This document shows, piece by piece, positions 22,906 to 36,336 of a DNA stretch of 64,000 nucleotides (the stretch's first letter is position 1; the number at the start of each line of letters is the position of its first letter). The position numbers and the translations under genes are program-made. The DNA lies in assembly GCA_051362555.1 (NCBI GenBank), contig CM120642.1:28086001-28150000 (forward strand), read 5' to 3'. Source of the DNA: Lingula anatina. Lineage: Eukaryota > Animalia > Brachiopoda. A model generated the notes under the pieces. The model worked only from the letters and a program-made list of their open reading frames with translations, made no database searches and was not told where the DNA came from.

Positions 22906-24510
22906 TCGTTAGATGACATTGAACAAAAAAAAAGCCTTGACCATCTTTGAGAAAAGAGCTTTGTCCATCGATGAATACATTTGATAAATTCTAATGGATT
23001 ATTAGGCAAAATAGTAATTAATTTCAAATTTGTTTTTCAATAGTACGGTTATCTTTAAATGGTATTTTTGGTATTATACATCAATTTAGAAAAGGAAAAA
23101 AATGCTTGAAATTCACTTTAAACATCAGTTTTTATTTTGTGGAAAGAAAGATAGTGGGGTAATTTTGTGAATTTTACAGATACTGTATTTTCAAAGTCAT
23201 AATTTCTTAAAATTAGAGCATTCCTATTGGATGGTACATGTTGCAACAACATTAAAAGCAAGCTACTCTATACTTCTTTTTTCTGCAGTAAAATCACCAC
23301 AAATGCTATATAGAAGTATATTTTTTGTGATTATAAAATTATGCAACTGAAAATCTGATAATTTCTGCCCATTGAAATATATTATTTTGTGTGGTATAAC
23401 AGGGACCTTTCATTTTCATCTCATATTTAAAGTTCCTTTATGCATTACCATTATTACACTAAGAAAAAAAAGATTTGAAAGAAAAATATGCCCAAAATAT
23501 TATTAGCAATACCCACATTGTTAATTTCAATTGCTTGTGCAATTGTATAATTCTTAATCATTTGTAAATTAAACTGTGAATTATATGTATCAATCTTGTA
23601 TGTATGAATGCTATGAATAAAATGTCATTTAGCCATAATGTATTGTTCAGAGCCCAAAAGCTGTTTGCACTCACAGCTTCAAATTTAACTCTTAGCTAGC
23701 AAAACGTCAATTTTGTTATATTAACTTTCTAATAGAGAATCAACAATGGCCCATCAGTAGCTGACAATGGCTTAACCAAACAAGCCATTCCTGTTAAATA
23801 ATCAATGTGTTAATACATTACTTTTATATCATATGTAAACATGTATATTTTCTCTATCTTAAATCATAAAATTAAGATACATATATTAATACAGCAAAAT
23901 GCTTTTTACTCACACCACAAATTCGACATTGAATTTTTATGACTGAAGTTGGTCACACTAGCATTGACTCCTTTATAAAACACTACCTGTAACTCATTTT
24001 GACTTTAAGTCATGTTTCTCATAATTTGTTTTAAAATTTTAAAAAAAAAAGTCAACTTTCCTTTTACTCTAAAACTGGCTAACTGCATTATTCCTGAAAG
24101 GACCTTGAACCCAATTTTACCGAATTAAACTCAACTCAACTCAAATATAGACTTGTCTGCTTTGTCCCTTGGTATATCAGCAAGTATTCACTGAATTCAC
24201 CAACATTTTGACCTTTAATTATAGCCTACTACAAGTAATACATACAGAGATTTAAGATATTTAAAGTCTGACTAACTTCCTGCTTAATGTTTTGTAATTA
24301 AGCAAAAGTTTAAATTTTAAACTGACTTCTACATGCAATTCTTGATAGAATTAACAAAATAAGAAATAATACTGTAATATCAGCACCAATGATAAATTAA
24401 AAAATCATTTTTCTTTATATTTATTAGTATTCCTAGCTCATATTATAACCCCCCCCCAAAAAAAAAAAGAAAAAAAAAAACATATAAAACAATTATGATA
24501 AAATAAAATG

Positions 24511-26386
24511 TGAAGTTTTGCCATAACACAGTTTGTGTGACCTCGAACCAAGGTGAACCATTTCCTCACCTTATCCAGCTGCCCTAAAAAAAGGAGTTGT
24601 TTTTCAAATCAGATGAACCGCAAGGACCCTGTTTTTCAAAACAGTTACTAATGAGTGTCACGGACAATGTCACTGGGAGGTCTTTCCATAGCTACCATGA
24701 AGGAAACTGTACCCACAAAAATCGATATATCACACGTAATGAACAACCACAAAAATATATGATAACACAGTTTACAAATGTCATTTCACATGATAAGAAT
24801 GTGCATTCAAAAATGTACGAGACTCGTACAAGTACGTAGTGATAAATGCTGGGAAGTCTCGCTTGGTGACTATCTCTTCAAATATTTCTGCTGCAGCCAA
24901 AAGTCTGTGCCTAGAGGGCTCAGAGTTGAAATCAAAGTGAGGGCTGAGCATGGTTTGTTGTACTAATTTCCCAATAGCCTCCTGAACCAGGTGTCTTGTC
25001 ACTTTGACAGTGGTGCCCTCTATATAAGCCTGATGTTTGATCCACTGCCAAACCTGATGAAACAAGGCAAAATGTTATCCAACTACTCAATTGCCAAGAT
25101 AAATGACAAGAAAATTAAATCCAAATTAATAAAACAAATTCATAGTTTCTGATCATAGTATCTTTTAAACTTTTCTGCAATGAAAATATTGCTGTCTTGA
25201 ATAATTTCTTTAGCCTAGCTGTAACAAAATGCAACATATTTTAAAAAAACCATAAACATGACCGTTTTACCTTTTGGAATGCACTAAGCTGAGCATCATT
25301 ATTCTGAATCTTAAAATGCACAGAAATTATCATTATGGAAATTCTAAACACTGATAGGACCCATGCTTTCTCTTACCTGTGAGCGTGAAATTTCTGCTGT
25401 GGCTGAATCTTCCACACACCCTTTATAATAGAAATGCCCTTTTCCTCGAAGCCATGCTTCAATAAAGAGTACACCTACGCCGATGTTGTGCAGAAGACCT
25501 TCTTCTGTTACTCCACCCTGTTGGAAAACAACTAAATCTTTAAATAATCAGATAAAATGGCTCGCGTGGTCAGAAATTTTAAGTACACACTGGACTTTGA
25601 TTTTTGAATTATTCACTACTTACTTTTCAAGAAAATGCCCTTTTTAACAACAGTTTACTGCATTTCACGTTACTTTTCAATTTTTTTAATCATTTATAAT
25701 TTCAATTTTGAAGTCATTAAGTAGTGCAATAGCTAATTCCATTTGAATTATAACATGCCTTTCCAGCACAAAGAGGAATACCGTATGTATACTTGGAGAA
25801 TACAAAGTTAATACTACTTGTAAAGACTGACCCAGCCACAAAATCAAGTTATAAAATTCATTCAAACAAAGTTCAACAAAAGTTGAGATATTTATCAATT
25901 TTGTCATGCATGAATTAAAAAAAAAATACTGATTGTTTTCCTTTCCAGGAGCTGTGTTGTAAGGCCACCCACAGATGCATTTTGCCATTGTGTTAGGTGT
26001 GACAGCTCAACCAACACATCTATACTCTAAACTGGTGAATGTTGTATGGCCTTGGATGTATTTTTGCATGAAAAAATGAATGATGCTGTTCAGGTGGCAC
26101 ATATTTTTTAAAAATATCTTTAAAAAGATCATTTCTTAATTATTGAAGTTCTGCCATAATGCAGTTTGTGTGACCTCCAACCAAGGTGAACCATTTCCTG
26201 GCCTTATCCAGCTGCCCTAAAGAAAGGAGTTGTTTTTCAAATCAGATGAACCGCAAGGACCCTGTTTTTCAAAACAGTTACTAATGAGTGTCACAGACAA
26301 TGTGACTGGGAGGTCTTTCCATAGCTACCAAGAAGGAAACTGTACCCACATAAATCGATATATCATACGTAATGAACAACCACAAA
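24511..26386. repeat. ~243-bp near-identical direct repeat (24511-24753 and 26144-26386)
   Basis: Both copies give the same spurious ORF start [18 protein letters not shown]; only a few substitutions differ. Confidence 0.92.
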
Positions 26387-27976
26387 TTATATCCTTTGTT
26401 TGTGGTTTTATAGAAACTGATTGAAAACTGAAGGAGAATTCAAAATGCATGTGAAAATGTGATAATGCTCATTTTGCTTATTTTGTAAAGAAATGAAAAA
26501 GAAAAACAAAACAGAAAAAGATAATCACTGCCCAGTTTAAAAAAAAACATGATAAGGGTTTTATTTGTTTAAAGGTTCAATGAAACAAAACTTCAGGAGA
26601 AGATAAGGAGGCAAACTGTGGCCCCCAACTGAGCAGGAAAAGAGATAGACCAAGAGACAAGTCTATTAGCTTACAGTTCCAAACTAATGCAAACATGTAG
26701 ATAACATATATGTTTAACTTGATTGTAGAACTAAAATCTTAAATTTCATGTCTGGGCTCCTTATATTTTTTGCAATCTTTTTTTTTAATTTCAAGAAAGT
26801 CAGTAAAAGAGTATCAACTACTAAGTAAACACATTTGTATAATAATCATGATGGTTTTCTGAAATCGTTCAATTAAAATGCTAAATTAATTAACTGCATG
26901 AAAATATAAAAAAAAAAAAAGTAATTTTCCCAGAACGAAACTTCTGACAGATTAATACCTGCCTGGCAATCTCAATTTTAGCATTGCCTGGTGACGCGTG
27001 GAGACCTCTAGTGTGGCAACATGGTCAATTGGGGGCATTACTGAAAATAGCGTACCCACACTCCCTGAATGCAGCACTTCTTTCCCATACTTTGTAGCAG
27101 GGGAGGTTCTGTAAGATGTTTTCCACTGCGTTGACTAAATACTTACAGCTGGCATTCTCAGCAAATCACCTGCGGTCACTTTCACGTCCATCCTCTTAAC
27201 ACCGTTCTGATTGACGCCAGGTGCAAAACGCTTAAATAGCTGGAATAATGATGTAACAATTATAACAAAATTATTATGAATCATGAACAATGGCAAACAT
27301 GTAACTTACAAAATCAAAGTCTAACTTCCTCTGCAGCTCATATTTTTGGAATATTTTTCAACCGCTTGGGGGAATGGATAACATTTTGATTTTCTAGCTA
27401 GCCTACTACTTTTGAGGTATTCACTAGATTACCTTGTGGTCAGCATGCCTATTTTCTCTTCTTGGCAGAAGTGGTTAGCTGTACATATATACAGGCTGTC
27501 CTTAAATACATCACTTTTCAATATGTGACAAGGTTTCTCAGTTAAATTTTTACTATTAATACCTATTACTTAATTCATTATCTACTTAGTATACATATTT
27601 CAACTAAATAAAATGTTTTTCAAAATCAAAGTTCTACTGATTACATCCATTTTTCTGTATGTCCAGACTTCAAGGGCATCCTATTTATAAACCAAAATTA
27701 TCCAGTTATTTAGTGGACTTCTTTTTAATCACAGATAAAAATGAAATTAAACTTTTTTGGGTTGGTTTCACAAAGAGTTTAAAGTCAGCTTTTGGGGCCT
27801 CAGTTCTTGATTAGCCTACTAAGATCCAGCTTACAAAGTTGCCTTTCACAACTTTTAACTAAGCCCCCTTGAACATATTAAGATTGCCTTGAAGAAGGAA
27901 TTCACTCTCATTGGTGACATTAACCAACTAAGGTCACCATATATACATGTACATACATAGTAACATATATACATAC

Positions 27977-28009
<33 letters not shown>

Positions 28010-31000
28010 AGTAAAACGCGGCCCTCCATAGGTTTCGTTTGCAAGCGTACAAAGGGAGAGTAACAGAAAACTTCTATATACAGGGCCATTAAGGTAGGCT
28101 TTTTTTTTTTTTCAAATTTTTCAAGTCAATCATTCTAAAAACATCTTGGACATTTGTGCACTGGCTTTCCAATTTTACTAGACTAAGGCTCTGTTCTCAC
28201 AACTTTTAGATCGATCTATCACCGCGGGGAGTCTCACTAGATTACTGTCAGATAATCCCCCTTAAGTGTCCGTCCCCGCCTACTACAAGCTTTAAGGGGT
28301 AATTAACTTTCGTGTCCGCCCGGCTGACAGCTATTTAGCGTGAACCCCCAGGGAGTTAGGTCGATCCAATGTAGGTCGATCTAATCTATGAGAATGGGGT
28401 GTAAGTCTTAACTTGGCACAGGAAAGAATTTTATGTGTGTGTTTGTTGTTGAAAAAGGACCTTGGTGTATGAGAACAGTTATATGAAGAAAGGTAGGAGG
28501 TGCATAATTATATTGCTGGATAGAGACTTTGGTTTCATGTAAGAATGTTCATTTTCTCCATTTCTCAATTAAAATGGAACAAAAGCTACAAACAGGCATA
28601 ATGGTAGACATCAATATTAGCCACGAGAATCTTATCATTATTATTTCTCTTTGTCCAACTTTGAGGTAGGGGTATACTGTGTCGTCATGAAAAATGCAGA
28701 AAATCATTCAACAAATCTGGTAAAACTGTCACAGACTTAAAATCACATTCAGCTGTTTTATTTTGAATGTTTAATTCTTTTTGATACTGGACAGTCCTGT
28801 AGAAAATCAACCAAGCTGTAGGAAATATTACTCTAATAAGTTTTCATGTACTAAATAATTTCCCTTTTAAGGTCTTCTGTCCTAACTAACACTTACACTA
28901 GGTTGATTGACTTAATTACGAAGGTATTTAATCTAATTGACCTTTACAAATTACAGGTTGACAGACATTAACAAAATTTATCAGGAATTTTGGTATTAAT
29001 GAGAAATTTGAAGTTCAAGTTCATTAACAAATTCCCGTGGCAGCAATCAGTGTTTTTCATAGAAACCAATGCCTAAAAGATTTCCGTGTATGCTCAATCA
29101 GCATATCTAATTTAACAGAGGACAATTCTCTAATTATCCAGAATAACACAGTAAAAGAGTAATTAACATGACATATAGAATGCATTTTAGGTTTCTACAT
29201 CCTTAGAAACGCATGCACCGTGTTGACCAATCCATTTAATGAAGTAATCTAAATAAGCCAGACTCTGATAAAATAAATTAAGCAACCAATAAAATAGACC
29301 TTCAATGAGGTACTTAAAGTTTAAGCCTCATTAACACCCTAATTACTTAATGCAGTACAAGGGCACAAACAAAAAGTACTGATGTACCATTTAGCAGAAA
29401 ACAGTACTCTACTATCTTCAAGGTACCCAGGTACTCAGCAATTTCAAAGATTGGGGGGTGGGGGTTGAAAAAGTAGACCTTTTAACATGAAACCTTTGTG
29501 TACCTGGATCAATTTTTACCCACAGAGCCTTTAGAGGTCAGCATATCAAAATTCAATTTTTCACCTTCAATTTGATTGTATTTTTAATCCCTTTCAAGAT
29601 TGGGTTTCACAATCACCATCTTTTTCTCACTGGATAAAAGGTGTTTTAGTTGAACTCAAATATGTAGAAAATGTTGGGAATGTCCTTCTGCTGTTGCAGT
29701 GGCAAACCGCTGAAACTGCTACACACTGTCTGAAAAGGAAATTGGAATCCCACAGCAAAGATGACTAAATTCATAAGACACTAGACTTACCTCTTGCATG
29801 ACTTTAACAAGGCCAACATCATACACCATGAAGCCGTCTACACCAGCATGTATCTCCTTCAATTTTGAACTGTAAAAAATAGTACAAGACAAACATTAAA
29901 CAAGAATCCTCATGGTGTCTTTGTAATTTGCCAACTTTGGATTCAGAGCAATTTTTCATCAACTACACAAACCATTCACTACACTACTGGTCAATTTTAC
30001 CTTAAAATATTCTGTTCTGCCAACATTGATTATACAAGTGCATAACAATATGTCCAAAGCATAAATGATTGTTGAAATAAAATTTACTCTACATAGAAGA
30101 GTGCAAAATGTTGATAGACTGAAATCTATGATTAAGTAAGATGTGTTCCATCCCCACATGCAACTTTAGCAGTAGAAATAATTACTGTCACAGTATCTTT
30201 TACAAAGGTTATTCTTCTTGTGTTTAGTTATTTTTTAATTTTTACTGGTAATTCAAAAATGCAATTTTCCATAAGACTAGGCTCTAGAAGTCAATAGCTC
30301 AACCCTGAAATTCTGAGGATACTGGAAGTCATTTCTACTTCCAGTCACCATATCAGGGACCTACGCAACTTCAGGGTGCCTTTGATAATAAGAACTTGGT
30401 TTAACTATAATGTGAATTTTTGAACCCATAAAGAACAGCAGACTAAAAGATATGCAGATCAAATGTGGCGATCAACTAAAAAGCTTGCTGCTTTATTCCC
30501 CAATAGATGCTGAATAGATTCCCTGTAGGGATTACACAACAAGCATTCAAGTGGGTCAGCCATATTTGATCCACAGATCTGTTAGTCCTCTGTTCTAAAT
30601 GTGCTCTTATAAAAATTTAGGAAAATGGAAAGAAAATTTATCGGTAATGCTTTAGTCTTAAATAACATGACATCACATTATAATTTTCCTACAAAACCTT
30701 ACTACATGTACCTCAAAATGGTACATGTAAGTTACTCAAACACAGTCTATGAGTTCACCATTTTCTACCCCTCTCATTTTTGTAATCTTGAAATAAAGTG
30801 TGACATCTAAGATTCAGAATAATATAAAAAAAAACTGATGCAGATATACAATTGCAATTTTATTCACAGTGTAAGCTACTACTGGTAACTCCTATTCCTA
30901 GCCATGATATCAAATGTATCTACCTTGCTGCTCTTTCAATCACCTGTTGCCTAGCAACCCAGTCATCTGGCAACAACAATGCTGACATGCCCCCAGTAGC

Positions 31001-32495
31001 GTGACAACCACGTTTGTGACAAATTTGAATGAGAAGATCCATATAGCTTTTCAAGAAGTGACGGTCCATGTTTACATATTTGCTGCGATCAGGCAGGACA
31101 AAATCTTTTCTGTGACCTAAAAATATAATTCCCATCACTGATATTATATTAGGTATCAAACTTTTATAAAAGTATCATTCATTTATTTTAGAACTAGAAT
31201 AATTAACCTTCAAATATCTCAAATATCATTTCTAGTCTTTAATGCAATAAAACACGTTTGTGCAAGGAGTCCCAATACATATTTTAATAACCTAAATATG
31301 ATTAGGTTATTAAGTTTCACGATCTTTATTCAAATCATTTTGTCACCCTTAGTTAGAATTCACTTTGTATGTATCTACCCTTTTCAGAGAGAAATTGACT
31401 GACTTTCTGGTGACTCACATTACATATCTCAACATTTTTATTTTGTGATGTTCTGCATTATGATGACAAAGGAATAAGATATTTCCTCTTGATGAGACAC
31501 ATAACTATTAGGTATTAGGGAAAGACAAAAGAAATACAACTGAAATATCAAAAAAAAAAAAAAAATACTCAATTCTATTAAATCTTTTAATGTTTCACTT
31601 CTGTTTTGATTCATGACTGCAGTGGTTTTAAGAAAATGCCGAAACAGTGGGAGAACCTCGGCTTTGGCTTCAAAGTGGCTTCAAACACAAAAGTGTTTGA
31701 CTTTAATCAAGGTGTGATGAAAAAAAAAAAAAAAACTCACTGACAAAATTCCAAATATTGTATCAAAAAGGCATCAAAGTCAATCACAAGCAAAACCAGC
31801 CTGTAATGCTCTTTCTCTTGATTTATTTTTCTAAAAAGATCCTCTAATATTGAACCAGACTGAGAGTAAAACCTAAACATCATTCAGAAAAGGGTGTCAA
31901 TAACATGACTGCATTTACCACAAGACACGTTTTCCAAACTTAAATAAAAGGAATTAAATGAATCACACTAAAATATAGTTACTGTTACTGTAACCTTTAT
32001 ATAATTTCTATGATAAAAATATAACAGGAATTATACAGGCACTGCAAGGACTCTATGTATGTGATATAACAGCAAATAGCAACATTGGATTCAGGAGTCA
32101 GAATAAAGCAACACACTAATCATATATAATTCAACAACACAGGAGCAGCATATGGCATCAAGCCAATTAACTTATTACTTCACTTAACAACCAATACTGT
32201 TACATGAAGATTGACAAGCCTACCGAGGGCCTTTACTTAGAGTGTGTTTTTTATAGCATAATGGAATATGAAAAAAAAAATGAAAAGTGGATATTTCAAC
32301 TCATTTGGCAGGGGTGCTAGAAAATTTGAAAATTGTACACAATGATCCCAACCAAAGATAAACAAAATTTACCAAAAAATATTAACTCCATAAAACACAA
32401 TTTTCTGCACCTGATATTATCATTTATCATCAGATCAATCTCTTTTGGTACTGAAGGTTTTAGATTTTGTGCAGAAATGGACTCACTTCAAAATA

Positions 32496-32527
<32 letters not shown>

Positions 32528-35500
32528 AGGCAGAGCAGACAGTGCTAGCTTGACTTAAGGATAGAGGAATAGACAATTTCACTCAGGTAGTACTGTAAAA
32601 ACTGAAAATCCCGAAAAAGTATCTTGCAATTGCTCATCACATTTAGACTTAAAAAAAAAGCGAATCAAATGAAGACAGAAAATCCTGAAACCAGGCAAAA
32701 TCCTAAAAACTTTCACCTATGTACTTTTATCAGAAAAACCAATATAATCGCAATTCTACTTACTAGTCTATTTTTTTTTTCTACTTTACTTATGAGCATT
32801 ACAAGTGCAGTCCCATTTTTAAGACTAATACATAACATTTTGTACGTAACATAATATACAGATTGGGGGATATGTTTTCCGCCATTAACATTTAACATCC
32901 TATATGAAATAAGTTCTCAAAATCAAGTGAGGTATGATAATCAAGATGACATTTCACCTGACCTTTTGGTAGCTTATCCAGGAATTACCATCAACACTGT
33001 TTATTTCAAAATTAGCTAATTCTACATAAATCCCTTAACATATTTGAGAAGAAATAAAGCTGTAATGTTAAATTTCCAAATTCTTCAATATATTCTGGTA
33101 AGAATCATGAAAATAGCTCACCAAACTTGTTCACAAATGATGCAGAATAGTCCCATATCCCACAGTTCAGTCCGGCTGAGTGGTCTCTTAGCTCGTATAA
33201 GATTTCTTCCATCTCAAATGTGGCCAGGATGTTCTCAATGAGAACACAGGCTTTAATGCTGCCATGCGGGAGACCAAGCTGAAGAAGTCAAACATTCACC
33301 GATAAAGATCTCTCCCACATACATTTCAACTTCTTTGTGTGCCAATTTTACTATGTTTCTTACATTTTATTCTCATCTATTCATTTTTTTTATTTCTGAA
33401 GAATGGCACCTCTTTCTCCCTCAATTATAATATTTGCTATTATATTACATTTAATAACCAAGATGGATTTTTATTTATCTTTGAACTTGAAAATATATCT
33501 TCCCTTTTGGTATTATTTGGTAACAACTCTCTAGAATCTCTCGATCTCTCTCTCTCTTCACCCAGCCCTGTCCTACATCTTTTTTTTCTTTTCTTTCTTT
33601 TTTTTTTGGTGTGGGTGTGGGTGGAGTTTGAATTGGAAAAAGGATTGTCTGTGAAACAAAAATTATTTTCAAATGAGGGAAATGGGGTAAATAACATGAT
33701 AGTATTAACCTTCAACTCTCCCTATTATAAAATACCTTTTGTTCTGTCCAGGTAAATATTTTATCCCACAAACGAGCTTCCAAGAACCCCTCTACCTGAA
33801 AACACCAACAACTTCAACTGAAAATATACAGATCAATTGTCAACCCTGATATTTTGAAACATCCAACAGCTTACAGGGGCGGATCTAGAGATATTTTCTG
33901 ACAGTCTTCCATATTATATTTGTTGGTCCATCCTCCATTTTTTGACCGTTTTCCGACAGAAAAAATTAGATACCCGTCAATGTAAACTTGAAAATCTGAC
34001 CGTCTTCCGGAAGACCCAGAAGACGGCCTAAATCCGCCCCTGGCTTATATAAAAATATTTAAGCAAAATGTACAAAGACTACAGTGTAAGTTCTGTTTGA
34101 CATAAGTCAAGACTTCCCACGTCTCTTTTAAATTGTCATGGAAGTGCACCTGAAGAATATCTACAGTCACTGTTACCGTGTTGATTTTAGCCACGGTGTT
34201 AATTATGGAAAGCTTTATTATAACGAAGCTCAAGTGTCCCATCCCTCATTGGTAATATTTCAGACAATTACCTTTAAATGAGCCCCTCTCCCTAAGAAAA
34301 ATTATAACTCCAGTTGTGACAAACTTAACGTAGTTTGTTTTGAGTACCTTGGACAAATAGAAGTATGGCCCACTTTCCATCTTAAACAGCCTCTGACCAA
34401 CATGGAACATCAACAGCCCAAAGTCTACCAGGGGACCTGGGACCTCTTGACCTGCCACCTAGTGGATGCGTAATTGTTAATAAAAAAAAAGAGAGTTAAT
34501 TATAATTAAAATATGTCCTAATTTTAATTAAAAACTCTTGAGGATTGCTCCCCACAAATATTTTGAATTCCACAGCCACTGAAATTAACTAGGCAAAATA
34601 CAAAAAAGCATTTACTGTTAAGTACATATTCTGATCAAGATGCAATTAAGCTTTTTTTTTTTTCTTTTTTTTTTTTTTTGCTTTTCAAGGCCTTAATTTA
34701 ACTTATACCATATTAATTTGTACATCTAAACATTTGATTTTTGCATGATTTTTAACTGCAAGTCACTCAACTGTCTGATCAAAATCTTAATTATCCAAAC
34801 ATTTTACCAGGCTCATGATAAGTAAGTGAAATTTGTCTGAAATTGACATTTCCATACAACATTTTATTATAGGCTGAGATTGAGCATGCAGTAATACATA
34901 AATCCTGAAATAACATTTGTTACCAAAATACTGTGCTCCACCATGTTCCAAGCACGAGGTCTTAACATCAAAACTGGGGCTTTCTCAATACACGGAACAT
35001 CTGGAAATAAGAGATTATTACATTTTTTTTTCATTGGATAAACAAGAAAGAAGAAATCAAGTTACTACAAAACCTTGTCAATTACATAACATACAATGTC
35101 AAATATTTTTTATTTTGTTGAAATTTGATATTTTTTTAAACTGCTTACAATTTAAACAGGGAACTGTTCTGAGTAAACCAAATACTTGGTTTCTGTATCT
35201 AAGGCTCTCATGTAAGGCCCATTTTATTTTTCATCATAAGCAATTACTTTTTCAACAAATCATCCAAATAAACACATTCAGGTATTATATCCATTCACTT
35301 CAACCCCCAAATTTTCCTTAGTTCAGTAAAAAGAAATGCTGGTAATAAGATGTCACAGTGCGTTAACATATCCTAGTATGTAATTTCAGCAACTATCATT
35401 TGTGGTAAAAACTGGTTTATAATTTGATATTCACATCACGTGTATATTTCTCTGAAAAACCCTTATTGAATTTTTTTCTTGTCTAAGTAACTGAGGTAGC

Positions 35501-36289
35501 CGCTAAATACAACTCAGATGTATCAGGTTTTTATAGGAAATGCTAGCGCAGGAAATAACTGGTTTCGACTCTGATCATAACTGACTTCAGATAAGATTTA
35601 CAGGGAAATTGAAAATAAAGTTATCTGTTAGAAGTCAACTTTCATAAATCAGAACCACGGTCTTATGAGGATGAGGAAACACGTGAAAACGTGAACACAT
35701 GCAAAAACACATGCTGGAACACATGTGAAAGAGACTAGCACAAAACCCATGCAAGAACTTCAAATACTTAGGAAAACTTAAGAGCGCGAAACCCTGTGAC
35801 AATTCAGTAATCTTCAACTCAAAATCAAATGCCAGTGTTGAACAATTTTTTTCTGTATGAAAAACCAATCCAAACATGTATTTAGGCCTTCTTCTAAACC
35901 AGTCAGGAACCTATAAGGAAACTCAAAGTAATCTCCTCCAACATGTTACAAAAAGCCTTCATTAGTTCTAGTACAGAAGATTAGTATGATAGTCTTTAAG
36001 TTAGTGTCTTCCACTTCAGAGAAATGCTTACACATCCCTTAAAGAAAATTCACTCGATACCCTCATACCCTTTTTCCACTCTAAACATACTGTTCAGAGA
36101 TATGGGGCTACTCTGTGTCAAGTGATAACTGCCCTGCAGAAAAATGGCATCTAAAATTTTGCAAACAAATCCTTGGACCCTATCAAAACATATCTAACTA
36201 CGGTGTGTACACAGAGTTTGACCACCTTCCCCTCTATACCATAATACAGTCTACATCTATCAAGCTGTGGTGTAAAATTATCCAAAAAA

Positions 36290-36336
<47 letters not shown>

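Larger units (their letters stand above)
7150..23065 (+). repeat. Tandem segmental duplication carrying copies A and B
   Basis: Approximate homologous blocks: 7165-8315 / 17268-18298; 11080-11650 / 20241-20810; 14303-14420 / 21237-21355; 14950-16465 / 21640-23065. Confidence 0.9.

Noticed and set aside
23131-24425. Possible overlapping 3'UTRs of copy B and malate synthase
   Set aside because: A minus-strand AATAAA at 24420-24425 could end malate synthase before any overlap; undecidable without transcripts.
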